Assembly (NCBI GenBank): GCA_017989575.1
Contig: JAGNPP010000001.1
Coordinates: 1-32,078 of the forward strand
DNA length: 32,078 nucleotides
Origin: Chryseobacterium sp.
Lineage (GTDB): Bacteria; Bacteroidota; Bacteroidia; Flavobacteriales; Weeksellaceae
Reading direction: 5' to 3'
Shown here: positions 1-9,762 of the stretch, piece by piece
How the letters are laid out: each line of letters starts with the position of its first letter
Numbering within the stretch: the stretch's first letter is position 1
Program-made: the position numbers and the translations under genes
The notes under the pieces: generated by a model
Told to the model about the DNA's origin: nothing
Database searches by the model: none
The model's input: the letters and a program-made list of their open reading frames with translations, nothing else

Positions 1-397
1 TTTCAAAGAATCTTTCTGAACGATGAACCCAAGAAATTGGAGTTTCATCTCCTAACTCAGCAATCAAATCTCTTGCGAATTTCGATATCGGCTGAAATGG
101 ACTGTCATTGATTTCCGAACCTTTCACTATTGGCATATATTCGTCCAAAAGATTGACCATACTTCTGGCAATTCTGGTTTTTGCCTGTCCGCGTAATCCT
201 AAAAGATTGATGTGATGTCCGGCCAAAATTGCTTTTTTCAATTGTGGAATCACGGTGTCTTCGTAGCCCCAAAGTCCTTCGAACACTGGTTCTTTAGCTT
301 TGATTTTTGCAATCAAGTTCGCTTGTATTTCCTGATTGATGGTTTTATCTGTGTATCCCGATTTTTTTAATTCTTTGAATGTTGTATCCTTCTTCAT
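1..397 (-). CDS. AAA+ ATPase, magnesium-chelatase/MoxR-like family (5' part only; runs off the window edge)
   Basis: Hand translation from ATG at 397-395: MKKDTTFKELKKSGYTDKTINQEIQANLIAKIKAKEPVFEGLWGYEDTVIPQLKKAILAGHHINLLGLRGQAKTRIARSMVNLLDEYMPIVKGSEINDSPFQPISKF..., open to base 1. Walker-A variant GLRGQAKT. Directly downstream of a VWA gene. Not in the ORF track. Confidence 0.8.
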   Translation of the reverse strand, partial: MKKDTTFKELKKSGYTDKTINQEIQANLIAKIKAKEPVFEGLWGYEDTVIPQLKKAILAGHHINLLGLRGQAKTRIARSMVNLLDEYMPIVKGSEINDSPFQPISKFARDLIAELGDETPISWVHRSERFFE

Positions 398-426
398 TTC
401 TTTTACTAATTAATAATGTTTTTAAT

Positions 427-499
427 TCTCGCAGATAGGTCAGATTACGCAAATTATTTAGTTTAAAATTAATCTGCAAAATTTGTAAAATCAGCGAGA
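427..499. repeat. Imperfect palindromic intergenic repeat built of ~9-nt subunits
   Basis: Left arm tctcgcagat(427-436)..gtcagatta..cgcaaatt; right arm aatctgcaa aatttgtaa aatcagcgaga(ending 499). Outer 10 bp are complementary with one mismatch. Confidence 0.6.
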
Positions 500-515
500 G
501 AATATTTACTTTTTC

Positions 516-1655
516 TTAAATCCTTTTAATTCTATTTTTTTCGTAATCCTCAAAAATCATTTGCCCCAAATCGGAAAGTCCAGTCAGAAAGGCTTTTCCC
601 TTGTTTTGAGCTGTGAAAGCTTTTACAAATTGTCTGAGGTAAGGATCCTGAGCAATCATAAAAGTGGTGATGGGGATTTTCAGTTTTCTGGCTTGTGCTG
701 CCTTACTGAGACATTCGGAAACTATTTTTTCATCCAGACCTACGCTGTTCATGTAATATTCGCCGGTTGGAAGTTTTAGACAACTTGGTTTTCCATCGGT
801 AATCATAAAAATTTGTTTGTTCGTGTTTCGTTTTCTGCGGAGAATGTCCATCGCTAATTCCAATCCCGCAACGGTATTGGTGTGATACGGACCGACTTGC
901 AGATAAGGTAAATCCTTGATCTGGATTGGCCAGGCTTCGTTCCCGAAAACAATAATGTCTATGGAGTCTTTCGGATATTTTCTTTTGATGAGTTCTACCA
1001 AAGCCATCGCTACTTTTTTGGCTGGTGTGATTCGGTCTTCGCCGTAGAGAATCATCGAGTGGCTGATGTCGATCATCAAAACCGTGCTCATCTGCGCTTT
1101 GTGTTTGGTTTCTTCTACGATGAGGTCGTCCTCTGTCATCCGAAGGTCAGAAATTCCGTGGTTGATTTGGGCGTTTTTCAAGCTTTCGGTCATATTCACG
1201 GTGGATAGATCATCGCCATATTGGAAGTTTCGGTTTTCACCATCGCGCTCGTCTCCCACGCCGGATTTTGTAGTTCTGTGATTTCCGATGCCACTTTTTT
1301 TCAACTTACCAAAGATTTGATCCAATGCGTATTCTCGCAGCGCAGCTTCCAGTTTTGCGGTGAGAATATTCTTGCCTTTTCCCGTTCCATTGTTTCCATC
1401 TTCCGGATCTTCTTCTTTGATGTAACCTCGCTTTTTCAAATCTTCTTCGAAATCTTCCAGCGTGTAGTCGTCTGTGAAAATATCGTATTCTTTATCAAGC
1501 ATATCGAGCCAACTGAAAGCTTCTTCGATGTCGCCAGAAGTATGCGTCAACAAATCTTTGAAAATACCAAAAACCCTGTCAAAATTGGATATTTCTTCAG
1601 GAATATGTTTGCTGAAAGTAAAGCCTTGATGGAAATTAAAATCTCTATTTGTCAT
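516..1655 (-). CDS. von Willebrand factor A (VWA) domain protein
   Basis: 379 aa ORF with MIDAS motif DISHS, a conserved T (HTNT) and ITDG; paired with the AAA+ ATPase. Confidence 0.85.
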   Translation of the reverse strand: MTNRDFNFHQGFTFSKHIPEEISNFDRVFGIFKDLLTHTSGDIEEAFSWLDMLDKEYDIFTDDYTLEDFEEDLKKRGYIKEEDPEDGNNGTGKGKNILTAKLEAALREYALDQIFGKLKKSGIGNHRTTKSGVGDERDGENRNFQYGDDLSTVNMTESLKNAQINHGISDLRMTEDDLIVEETKHKAQMSTVLMIDISHSMILYGEDRITPAKKVAMALVELIKRKYPKDSIDIIVFGNEAWPIQIKDLPYLQVGPYHTNTVAGLELAMDILRRKRNTNKQIFMITDGKPSCLKLPTGEYYMNSVGLDEKIVSECLSKAAQARKLKIPITTFMIAQDPYLRQFVKAFTAQNKGKAFLTGLSDLGQMIFEDYEKNRIKRI

Positions 1656-1767
1656 TACCTTGTCTTACTATTTTAGAACAGACAAGTTAGGGAAATATTG
1701 TCACAACCAAGATCAATAGCAAATAGATAAAACTAATGAGAGTTATATAAAACCATTGACAATAAAT

Positions 1768-1792
1768 AAAAAAAGAGCATTCGAAAATGCCC
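1768..1792 (-). terminator. Intrinsic terminator of metG
   Basis: Minus strand reads gggcatt-ttcg-aatgctc followed by T7, about 25 nt after the metG stop. Confidence 0.7.
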
Positions 1793-1816
1793 ATTTGTAT
1801 ATTTTTAAATTTAAAA

Positions 1817-3850
1817 TTATCCTATTTCAATTCCGTTTTCCACAGTTTCGTCAGGCGTTACGAAAGATAATTTTCCGTCTGGTTTTGTAGTTAACAAAAA
1901 CATTCCCTGAGATTCAATGCCGCGGATTTTTCTTGGCGCAAGATTCAATAAAATCATCACTTGTTTTCCAACCAATTCTTCTGGAGAAAAACTTTCTGCA
2001 ACACCAGAAACGACTGTTCTTACATCAACACCTGTATCAACCGTGAATTTCAGAAGTTTATCTGCTTTTTCTACTTTTTCAGCAGTTAGGATGGTAGCAG
2101 TTCTAAGGTCGATTTTAGAAAAATCATCAAATTGGATTTCGTCTTTCATTGGATTGGCGTTAGGATTTGTTTTTTTGTTGGATTGCTTTGTGTTTTCCAG
2201 TTTTTGGATTTGAGCTTCGATTACATCATCTTCGATTTTTGAGAAAAGAAGAGACGCTTCGTTGATTTGATGTCCTGTTTCAATGAGGACAAATTTGCTT
2301 TCCACATCATTCCAAGTGGATTTTTGAACATTGAACATCGTCAACAATTTCTCAGAACTGAATGGCATAAATGGTTCACACAATTGCGCCAAAGCAACAG
2401 CAATCTGAGCACCAACAAATAAAGAATGTGCCGCTTTTTCAGGATTGTCTTTGATGGTTTTCCAAGGTTCTTCTGTCTGCAAATATTGATTTCCGAAACG
2501 TGCCAAATTCATCAAAGCCGTCAAAGAATTTCTGAATTCGTAGTTTTCCAAGAAACCGGAAATTTCTTTCGCTGATTTATTGATTTCTGCTAATTCAGGA
2601 GTGTTTGCATCACCTTGAGGAACAATTCCATCATAATATTTATGAATCAAAACCGCAACTCTGTTGATGAAGTTTCCGAAAATTCCCACCAACTCAGAAT
2701 TATTCTTAGTCTGGAAATCTTTCCAAGTAAAGTTATTATCCTTGGTTTCTGGAGCGGAAGATAGCAATGCGTAGCGCAAAACATCTTGCTGTCCCGGGAA
2801 TTCTTCCACATATTCGTGCGCCCAAACTGCCCAGTTTCTGGAAGTTGAAATTTTATCGTTTTCAAGATTAAGGAATTCGAAAGCAGGAACATTTTTTGGC
2901 ATTTTGAAATCGCCGTGAGCCTTCATCATCGCAGGAAAAATGATGCAATGGAATACAATATTATCTTTTCCGATGAAGTGAACCAAATCAGATTCTTCGC
3001 TTTGCCAATAGTCTTTCCAGTCTTTTCCGTTTTTCTCAGCCCATTCTTTGGTAAAAGAAATATAACCGATTGGTGCGTCAAACCAAACGTAAAGCACTTT
3101 TCCTTCAGCATTCGGAAGTGGTACGGGAACGCCCCAATTCAAATCTCTCGTCATTGCACGTGGTTTCAAACCATCATTCAACCAGGATTTTACTTGGCCG
3201 TAAACGTTGGGTTTCCAGTCGTCTTTATGACCTTCGATGATCCATTCGTTGAGGAAATCTTCGTATTCATTTAAAGGTAAATACCAGTTTTTGGTTTCCT
3301 TAAGAATAGGACTATTTCCGCTCAGCATAGATTTTGGATTGATCAATTCTGAAGGCGAAAGGGTAGAGCCACATTTTTCGCATTGGTCGCCATAAGCGTT
3401 GTCGTTACCACAATTAGGGCAAGTTCCAACGATGTATCGGTCGGCTAGAAATTCGTTGGCTTGCTCGTCAAAATATTGTTCAGACATTTCTTCTGTGAAC
3501 TTTCCTTTTTCATAAAGCACCTTAAAGAAATCCTGACTCGTTTCAGAGTGGTTTTTAGAAGTTGTTCTGGAATATTCATCAAAAGAAATTCCCAAATCTG
3601 CGAAAGATTTTTTGATGATCCCGTGATATTTATCGACGATATCTTGAGGCGTTACACCTTCTTTTTTTGCTCTTATAGTAATAGGAATGCCGTGCTCATC
3701 TGATCCACAGATAAAAACTACATCTTTTCCCGATCTTCTTTGGAATCTTGCGTAAACATCTGCAGGAATATAAACTCCTGCCAAATGCCCAATATGAACC
3801 GGTCCGTTTGCATAAGGCAAAGCCGCCGTAATCATCTTTCTGTTTGACAT
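1817..3850 (-). CDS. metG: Methionine--tRNA ligase
   Basis: ALPYANGPVHIGH (HIGH motif), Zn knuckle CPNC...CEKC, YVWFDAPIGY, GKDN, KISTS (KMSKS equivalent), C-terminal OB-fold tRNA-binding domain (GIESQGM). Confidence 0.98.
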   Translation of the reverse strand: MSNRKMITAALPYANGPVHIGHLAGVYIPADVYARFQRRSGKDVVFICGSDEHGIPITIRAKKEGVTPQDIVDKYHGIIKKSFADLGISFDEYSRTTSKNHSETSQDFFKVLYEKGKFTEEMSEQYFDEQANEFLADRYIVGTCPNCGNDNAYGDQCEKCGSTLSPSELINPKSMLSGNSPILKETKNWYLPLNEYEDFLNEWIIEGHKDDWKPNVYGQVKSWLNDGLKPRAMTRDLNWGVPVPLPNAEGKVLYVWFDAPIGYISFTKEWAEKNGKDWKDYWQSEESDLVHFIGKDNIVFHCIIFPAMMKAHGDFKMPKNVPAFEFLNLENDKISTSRNWAVWAHEYVEEFPGQQDVLRYALLSSAPETKDNNFTWKDFQTKNNSELVGIFGNFINRVAVLIHKYYDGIVPQGDANTPELAEINKSAKEISGFLENYEFRNSLTALMNLARFGNQYLQTEEPWKTIKDNPEKAAHSLFVGAQIAVALAQLCEPFMPFSSEKLLTMFNVQKSTWNDVESKFVLIETGHQINEASLLFSKIEDDVIEAQIQKLENTKQSNKKTNPNANPMKDEIQFDDFSKIDLRTATILTAEKVEKADKLLKFTVDTGVDVRTVVSGVAESFSPEELVGKQVMILLNLAPRKIRGIESQGMFLLTTKPDGKLSFVTPDETVENGIEIG

Positions 3851-3873
3851 TTTTTAATTGAAATTTTAAGTTG

Positions 3874-3881
3874 CAAAAGTA
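3874..3881 (-). promoter_or_regulatory. Bacteroidota sigma-A -7 element for metG
   Basis: Minus strand TACTTTTG matches TAnnTTTG, 23 nt upstream of the metG ATG. No -33 element verified. Confidence 0.65.
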
Positions 3882-4288
3882 CAACTTTCCGCTTAAAAAT
3901 CAGTGACGTTGTGATTTTATTAAATTGTTGACGAATGTTAAAAAGCGTTCGAAAATCGGTAATCAGAATTTTAACATTTGTTTTTTTTAATTTCATTTTT
4001 CATTAATATAGGATTAATATTGGTTAATTTAGGAGTAAAAAATGCTAAACAATCGTTTAAAAAAACGTTAAAATTTCACATTTGAGGTAATTGTGTTAAA
4101 TGTTTTAAGTTTCTGATTTGTAGTTAATTGAAATAAAATTCAATCATAATTAACCTAATTTAAATCATCAAAATCTAAAAATTTAAAAATATTTTAACAG
4201 AATGATGAAATTTTTATAAATTGCAAAACGGGATTGTGTACAATTCTGAATTAAGAAAATAATATTAAACCTTAAAAATTTATTTTTT

Positions 4289-7054
4289 GTGAGAAACTAT
4301 AATGTATTAAAAATTGCTCCTGCATTCTTATTGCTTGGATCAATGCTACATGCACAACAAACCACAGATACGGTGAGCAAAGAAACCGAGATCGAGCAGG
4401 TTGTGCTGATTGGTTATGGTAAGCAGAAGAAAGAGGATCTTACGGGATCTATTGCTTCTATTACTTCAAAAGATTTCAACGGAGGTTCTACTTCTGCAGA
4501 TCAATTGATTATCGGTAAAGCCCCAGGTGTAACTGTTACAGGAAATGGAGGTAATCCAGGGTCTGGTGCAACTATTAGAATCCGTGGTGGTGCGTCTTTG
4601 TCTGCTAGTAACGATCCTTTAATCGTAATTGATGGGATTCCAATGGATTTTGGCGGTATTTCCGGAGCATCTAATCCTTTAGCACTTATCAATCCAAATG
4701 ACATCGAATCTTTTGATGTTTTAAAAGACGCTTCTGCTGCAGCAATCTATGGTAACAGAGCTTCTAACGGAGTTATTTTAATTACTACTAAAAAAGGGTC
4801 CGCAGGAAAACTTAAAGTTAATTTCTCAAGCGTTGCATCGGTTTCTACCAAAATGGGAAATCAAGATGTTTTAACTGCGGATGAATTTAGAAAATTTGTT
4901 ACAGAAAATGCTGATCAACAGAAGTATATTAATATGTTGGGAACAGCAAATACAAACTGGCAAGATTTGATCTATCAAAAAGCATGGGGTACAGATAATA
5001 ATGTTTCATTATCCGGAGGTATCAAAGGATTGCCTTATAGATTATCACTTGGTTACACAGAGCAAAATGGTATTGTAAAAACCAACGAGTTCAGAAGAAC
5101 CTCTGTAGGATTAAGCCTTACTCCAAAATTCTTTGATAACCACCTAAGCGTAAATGCGAACTTCAAAGGATCGATGACGGAAAACCGTTTCAATGCAGGC
5201 GTGATTGGTGCTGCTCAGCAAATGGATCCTACAAAGCCTGTTTACGATTATTCAACAAGAGGTAATGAAGTTAATAACTACTGGGAATGGCGTTTGCCGA
5301 ACGCTGCTGGAGAATTTGGCGATGGTTATAATGTGAATGCTACTCTCAATCCTCTAGGTTCTTTATATGGAAGAAGAGATCTTTCTACCGTTTTTCGTGC
5401 TATAGGAGGGTTGCAATTGGATTATAAATTTCACTTCTTACCAGATTTGCATTGGAATGCAAACGTGGGTTATGACTATCAAAAAGGAACGGGTGCTGTA
5501 ACTGAGTTGCCTAATTATGCAGGCGTTGTAAGAACTGAAAACTTCAGTACAAGAAGAGATTATGAAGAGGAAAAGTCTAACAGATTATTAGAAACATATT
5601 TAAATTATGTCAAAAATATTTCTGCTATAGATACTAAGGTAGATGTGATGGGAGGTTATTCATTCCAACAGTTTGATGTGAAAAAACCCGCAGCAACTAC
5701 TTTTTTTGGTAACCCTACTAAGCCAACTACACCATCAAACAATTATGAGGGTAGATTGGTAATGTTAAGTTTCTATGGTAGAGCTATCTTTACAATTGCT
5801 AATAAGTATGTTTTGACAGGATCAATACGTAGAGATGGAACTTCTAGATTTTATAATAATCCAGAAGATACTGGTAATATGTGGGGAACTTTCGCCGCAG
5901 CTTCCGGAGCTTGGAAAATTAAACAAGAAAATTTCTTAAAAGATTCCAATGTCGTTTCTGATTTGAAATTAAGAGCAGGATGGGGACAGACAGGAAACTC
6001 AGAGTTATTAAGTTGGTACAACTCTTTTGCTTCTTACAACATTTCACAGCAAAGTGCATCTTACGGTTTTGCAGAACAATTTTACCAAATGTATCGTCCA
6101 ACTCAGTACAACTCGAATTTGACTTGGGAAACAACGGAAACAACCAATGCTGGTTTGGATTTCGGATTTTTCAATAATAGAATTACCGGATCTATTGATT
6201 GGTTTAGAAAAGATACTAAAAATTTGTTAGCTTATGTTCAGATTCCAGCAGGGGAATTTAGCAATATGAATAATAAAAACGTTGGTACTATGAAAACCGA
6301 CGGTTGGGAGTTTCTAATCAATGTGAATCCTGTGAAAACACAAGATTTCAATTGGGATTTCAGTTTCAACGTAGCACATTACAATCCTAAAGTAGAATAT
6401 TTCAAAGATGTAGCAGACGGTTATATCATTGAAACTGGTGGTATTGGAGGTATTGGGCAAAACGTACAAGCTCACGCCATTGGACAAACACCTAACACTT
6501 TCCTTGTTTATCAACAATTATATGATGCAAATGGTAAAGCATTAGAAGGCGTTTATGCAGATAGAAATGGAGATGGAAAAATAGATAAGGACGATAAATA
6601 CTTCTACAAATCTACTACGCCAGATGCAACTTTTGGTTTCTCTACAAAATTCAAATACAAAGATTGGGATCTTTCTACTTCGCTACGTGCAGTTTTGGGT
6701 AACTATGTTTATAATAATTTTGCAGCTCAAGCTAATATTCAGAGTATTCAAACAAATGATTTCATGCAAAACATACCAAGTATTTCTGCAGGTTATGGCT
6801 TTTCAACACCGCAAGTTTGGAGTGATATATTTGTAGAAGATGCATCATTTATTAGAATGGACAACTTGACACTAGGTTACAACTTTGGAGATGTTTTCAA
6901 TAAAGGAACAAATCTTAGAGTCTATGGTATGGCGCAAAACGTATTTGTAATTTCAGATTACTCCGGAGTAGATCCTGAAGTTTTCGGAAATATTGATAAT
7001 GGATTTTATCAAAGACCGAAAATATACTCAGTAGGATTAAACTTTCAATTTTAA
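4289..7054 (+). CDS. susC: SusC/RagA-family TonB-dependent transporter
   Basis: GTG start, signal peptide ending LHA|Q, IEQVVLIGYG, plug motifs IRIRG...PLIVIDG and NPNDIESFDVLKDASAAAIYGNRASNGVILITTKKG, C-terminal Phe; followed by SusD. Confidence 0.95.
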   Translation: MRNYNVLKIAPAFLLLGSMLHAQQTTDTVSKETEIEQVVLIGYGKQKKEDLTGSIASITSKDFNGGSTSADQLIIGKAPGVTVTGNGGNPGSGATIRIRGGASLSASNDPLIVIDGIPMDFGGISGASNPLALINPNDIESFDVLKDASAAAIYGNRASNGVILITTKKGSAGKLKVNFSSVASVSTKMGNQDVLTADEFRKFVTENADQQKYINMLGTANTNWQDLIYQKAWGTDNNVSLSGGIKGLPYRLSLGYTEQNGIVKTNEFRRTSVGLSLTPKFFDNHLSVNANFKGSMTENRFNAGVIGAAQQMDPTKPVYDYSTRGNEVNNYWEWRLPNAAGEFGDGYNVNATLNPLGSLYGRRDLSTVFRAIGGLQLDYKFHFLPDLHWNANVGYDYQKGTGAVTELPNYAGVVRTENFSTRRDYEEEKSNRLLETYLNYVKNISAIDTKVDVMGGYSFQQFDVKKPAATTFFGNPTKPTTPSNNYEGRLVMLSFYGRAIFTIANKYVLTGSIRRDGTSRFYNNPEDTGNMWGTFAAASGAWKIKQENFLKDSNVVSDLKLRAGWGQTGNSELLSWYNSFASYNISQQSASYGFAEQFYQMYRPTQYNSNLTWETTETTNAGLDFGFFNNRITGSIDWFRKDTKNLLAYVQIPAGEFSNMNNKNVGTMKTDGWEFLINVNPVKTQDFNWDFSFNVAHYNPKVEYFKDVADGYIIETGGIGGIGQNVQAHAIGQTPNTFLVYQQLYDANGKALEGVYADRNGDGKIDKDDKYFYKSTTPDATFGFSTKFKYKDWDLSTSLRAVLGNYVYNNFAAQANIQSIQTNDFMQNIPSISAGYGFSTPQVWSDIFVEDASFIRMDNLTLGYNFGDVFNKGTNLRVYGMAQNVFVISDYSGVDPEVFGNIDNGFYQRPKIYSVGLNFQF

Positions 7055-7066
7055 TACTTTAAAAAA

Positions 7067-8626
7067 ATGAAAAAATTTAGAATAAAAGGAATAGTAGCAG
7101 CTTCTGTATTATCATTATCTCTTTCCCTGTCATCTTGTATCGATGATTTAAAACAAGAGCCTATAACAGAGATTACGGCTGCAAGTTTATATAAAGACTT
7201 TAATAATTATAAAAACATTCTAGCCAAATTGTACGGCGGTATAGCTGTAGGTGGACAAGATGGTGGCGATGGTAACGGTGATATTTCAGGCATCGATGGT
7301 GGTTTTTCTATCTACACGCGTTTGCTATACACAATGCAGGTTATCACTACAGATGAGGCAGTAATTGGTTGGAATGATGGGACATTACACGAATTTCATA
7401 AGATGACTTGGACTCCTGCAAACGAGTTCAATAATGCAATGTATTTCAGAATCTATACAGAAATTGCTTACTGTAATGAGTTCATTAGAAATACGACCGA
7501 TGCAATGTTAAGTAGTAATGGTATTTCTGGAGCTAACTTAGACGAAGCGAAAGCAATGAGAGCAGAAGCGAAATTCTTAAGAGCTCAATCCTATTATCAC
7601 CTTTTGGATATGTACGGAAATGTACCATTTGTAGATGAAACTACTTTGGGAAGTCTTCCGCAGCAGATTATGAGAGCTGATCTTTTCAATTACGTAGAAA
7701 CTCAACTTAAAGAAGCTGAAGCAGAATTGAAAGCACCAAGATCTAATGAATATGGAAGATTAGACAAAGCAGCAGCTTGGAGTTTGTTGGCACGTTTGTA
7801 TTTGAATGCGAAAGTGTACAATGGTACCGAAAGAAACGCAGATGTAATCGCAAATTGTGAAAAAGTAATTGGAGCTGGTTATAGTATTAATCCTTCTTTT
7901 GCAAATCTATTTTTAGCTGATAATAACATCAATAATCCTGAGAATATCTTCTCAATAGCTTACGATGGAGCAAGAACGCAGACTAATGGGGGAACTACAT
8001 ATTTAGTTTGTGCTGCAATTGGTGGATCTATGAAACCTGCTGACTTTGGTGTAAGCGGAGGTTGGGGTGGTCTAAGAACTACAAAAGCTTTCGTAAACAA
8101 ATTTGAAGCAACAGATAAAAGAGGACGCTTCCATACAGACGGACAAACTCTTGAAATCAATGATCTAGGTAACTTCAATGATGGTTATGCCTACATTAAA
8201 TATAAAAATCTTACAAGTGCGGGTGCGCCAGGTAAAGATCCAGGAAGAGTAGATACAGATCTTCCATTGTACAGATTAGCTGATGTTTATCTAATGTATG
8301 CAGAAGCTGCTCTAAGAGGTGGTGGAGGTAGCGTTGATACGGCTTTAGGCTATGTAAACGCTTTAAGAACAAGAGCAAGCGCATCTCCAGTTTCAGTAAT
8401 TAATCTTGATTTCATCCTTGATGAGAGATCCAGAGAATTGGGTTGGGAGATGACAAGAAGAACAGATCTTATCCGTTATGGTAAATTTACTTCTTCCGCT
8501 TACTTGTGGCCTTGGAAAGGTAATGTGAAAGATGGTGTTGCTGTAGGTGAATACCGTAACCTATTCCCAATCCCAAATAATGATTTGGTGGTGAATAGAA
8601 ATCTTAAACAGAATCCTGGTTATTAA
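7067..8626 (+). CDS. susD: SusD/RagB-family glycan-binding lipoprotein (starch-type)
   Basis: Lipobox LSSC followed by acidic IDDLKQE; AEAKFLRA, YGNVP, LLARLYL, RLADVYLMYAEA, ILDERSRELGWE, RRTDLIRYG, LKQNPGY. Confidence 0.95.
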   Translation: MKKFRIKGIVAASVLSLSLSLSSCIDDLKQEPITEITAASLYKDFNNYKNILAKLYGGIAVGGQDGGDGNGDISGIDGGFSIYTRLLYTMQVITTDEAVIGWNDGTLHEFHKMTWTPANEFNNAMYFRIYTEIAYCNEFIRNTTDAMLSSNGISGANLDEAKAMRAEAKFLRAQSYYHLLDMYGNVPFVDETTLGSLPQQIMRADLFNYVETQLKEAEAELKAPRSNEYGRLDKAAAWSLLARLYLNAKVYNGTERNADVIANCEKVIGAGYSINPSFANLFLADNNINNPENIFSIAYDGARTQTNGGTTYLVCAAIGGSMKPADFGVSGGWGGLRTTKAFVNKFEATDKRGRFHTDGQTLEINDLGNFNDGYAYIKYKNLTSAGAPGKDPGRVDTDLPLYRLADVYLMYAEAALRGGGGSVDTALGYVNALRTRASASPVSVINLDFILDERSRELGWEMTRRTDLIRYGKFTSSAYLWPWKGNVKDGVAVGEYRNLFPIPNNDLVVNRNLKQNPGY

Positions 8627-8648
8627 TCAAATTAATTTTTAGAATACA

Positions 8649-9728
8649 ATGAAAAATAATATATTCAAACATTCCGTTCTAGCAGTTACTGCGACCTTAG
8701 GTCTGGTTTCTTGTGAGGATCGTGAATTGGTAACGATTGGAGATGAATCGGCTCCTATCGTGATGGATCTTTCTGCACAGAATCTTATTCTTAATTCTAA
8801 TGCACCTGCAACTCCAGCTCTTACTGTTCGTTGGGAAAATGCGGCTTACACAGTGCCGGTAGAAACAAAGTACGAAGTGCAAATCAGTGGGACAGAATCT
8901 TTTGCAGATTTCCACAACTTGAGATCTACTGCACAATCACAGAATTACGCAAGTTTTACGACCCAAGAACTAAACGAGGGCGTAAAAGAAATTAATTTCG
9001 TGCCTTATGTTTCTCAGAAATTGTTTTTAAGAATTGCTTCCTTCGTAGGTAGCGGAGATATGAAACAATATTCCAACGTTACAAATATGATGGTAACGCC
9101 TTATTTGGCAAGTCCAACATACGCTTACACAGATCTTTATCTTATTGGAGATGCAACGGCTGGCGAATGGGCAAATGCTGGAGATAACTTGAAAATGTAT
9201 CCATTGATGAAAACATCAGAAAGTAGTAAATATACTTACACAGGTTTCTTCAAAACTGGAGGTTTCAAATTGGTAAGAGACAAAGGACAATGGGATCCAC
9301 AGTGGGGATTAGGCGCTTCTGCAGGTGTTCTTAGCCAAGATGGAGGTTCAGGGAATATTACTGTAGCTGCAGATGGCTTTTATAAATTAACTGTTGATAC
9401 TTCAGCACTTACTTATACATTTGTAGCAATCACTCCGCCTACAACTACCTATACTTCTATGGTTATAAACGGAACTTCTACGGGTGACGCAGATAAGGCT
9501 TTAACCAAATCTACTTTTGATCCGCACGTTTGGACAGCAAACAATGTAGTTTTAAAAGGAGGTAAGTTCAAATTCAAGTCGGATGCTGTAAGCTGGGGAT
9601 CAAACTCTGAATTCTTCGGAATTACAACAATTGATGGTCCAGAGATTCCATTAACATCAGAATGGACTTATAACATCTATTTTAATGATACGACAGGTGA
9701 TTATTCAGTAATTCCAGTTAAGCCATAA
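8649..9728 (+). CDS. SusE/SusF-like surface starch-binding lipoprotein
   Basis: Lipobox LVSC-EDRE; N-terminal SusE-like domain followed by beta-sandwich modules with LYLIGDATAGEW, GGFKLV, KFKFK...W; position after susD. Confidence 0.8.
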   Translation: MKNNIFKHSVLAVTATLGLVSCEDRELVTIGDESAPIVMDLSAQNLILNSNAPATPALTVRWENAAYTVPVETKYEVQISGTESFADFHNLRSTAQSQNYASFTTQELNEGVKEINFVPYVSQKLFLRIASFVGSGDMKQYSNVTNMMVTPYLASPTYAYTDLYLIGDATAGEWANAGDNLKMYPLMKTSESSKYTYTGFFKTGGFKLVRDKGQWDPQWGLGASAGVLSQDGGSGNITVAADGFYKLTVDTSALTYTFVAITPPTTTYTSMVINGTSTGDADKALTKSTFDPHVWTANNVVLKGGKFKFKSDAVSWGSNSEFFGITTIDGPEIPLTSEWTYNIYFNDTTGDYSVIPVKP

Positions 9729-9762
9729 CTCATTGGAATTTTTAATTTATTAATAAACATTT

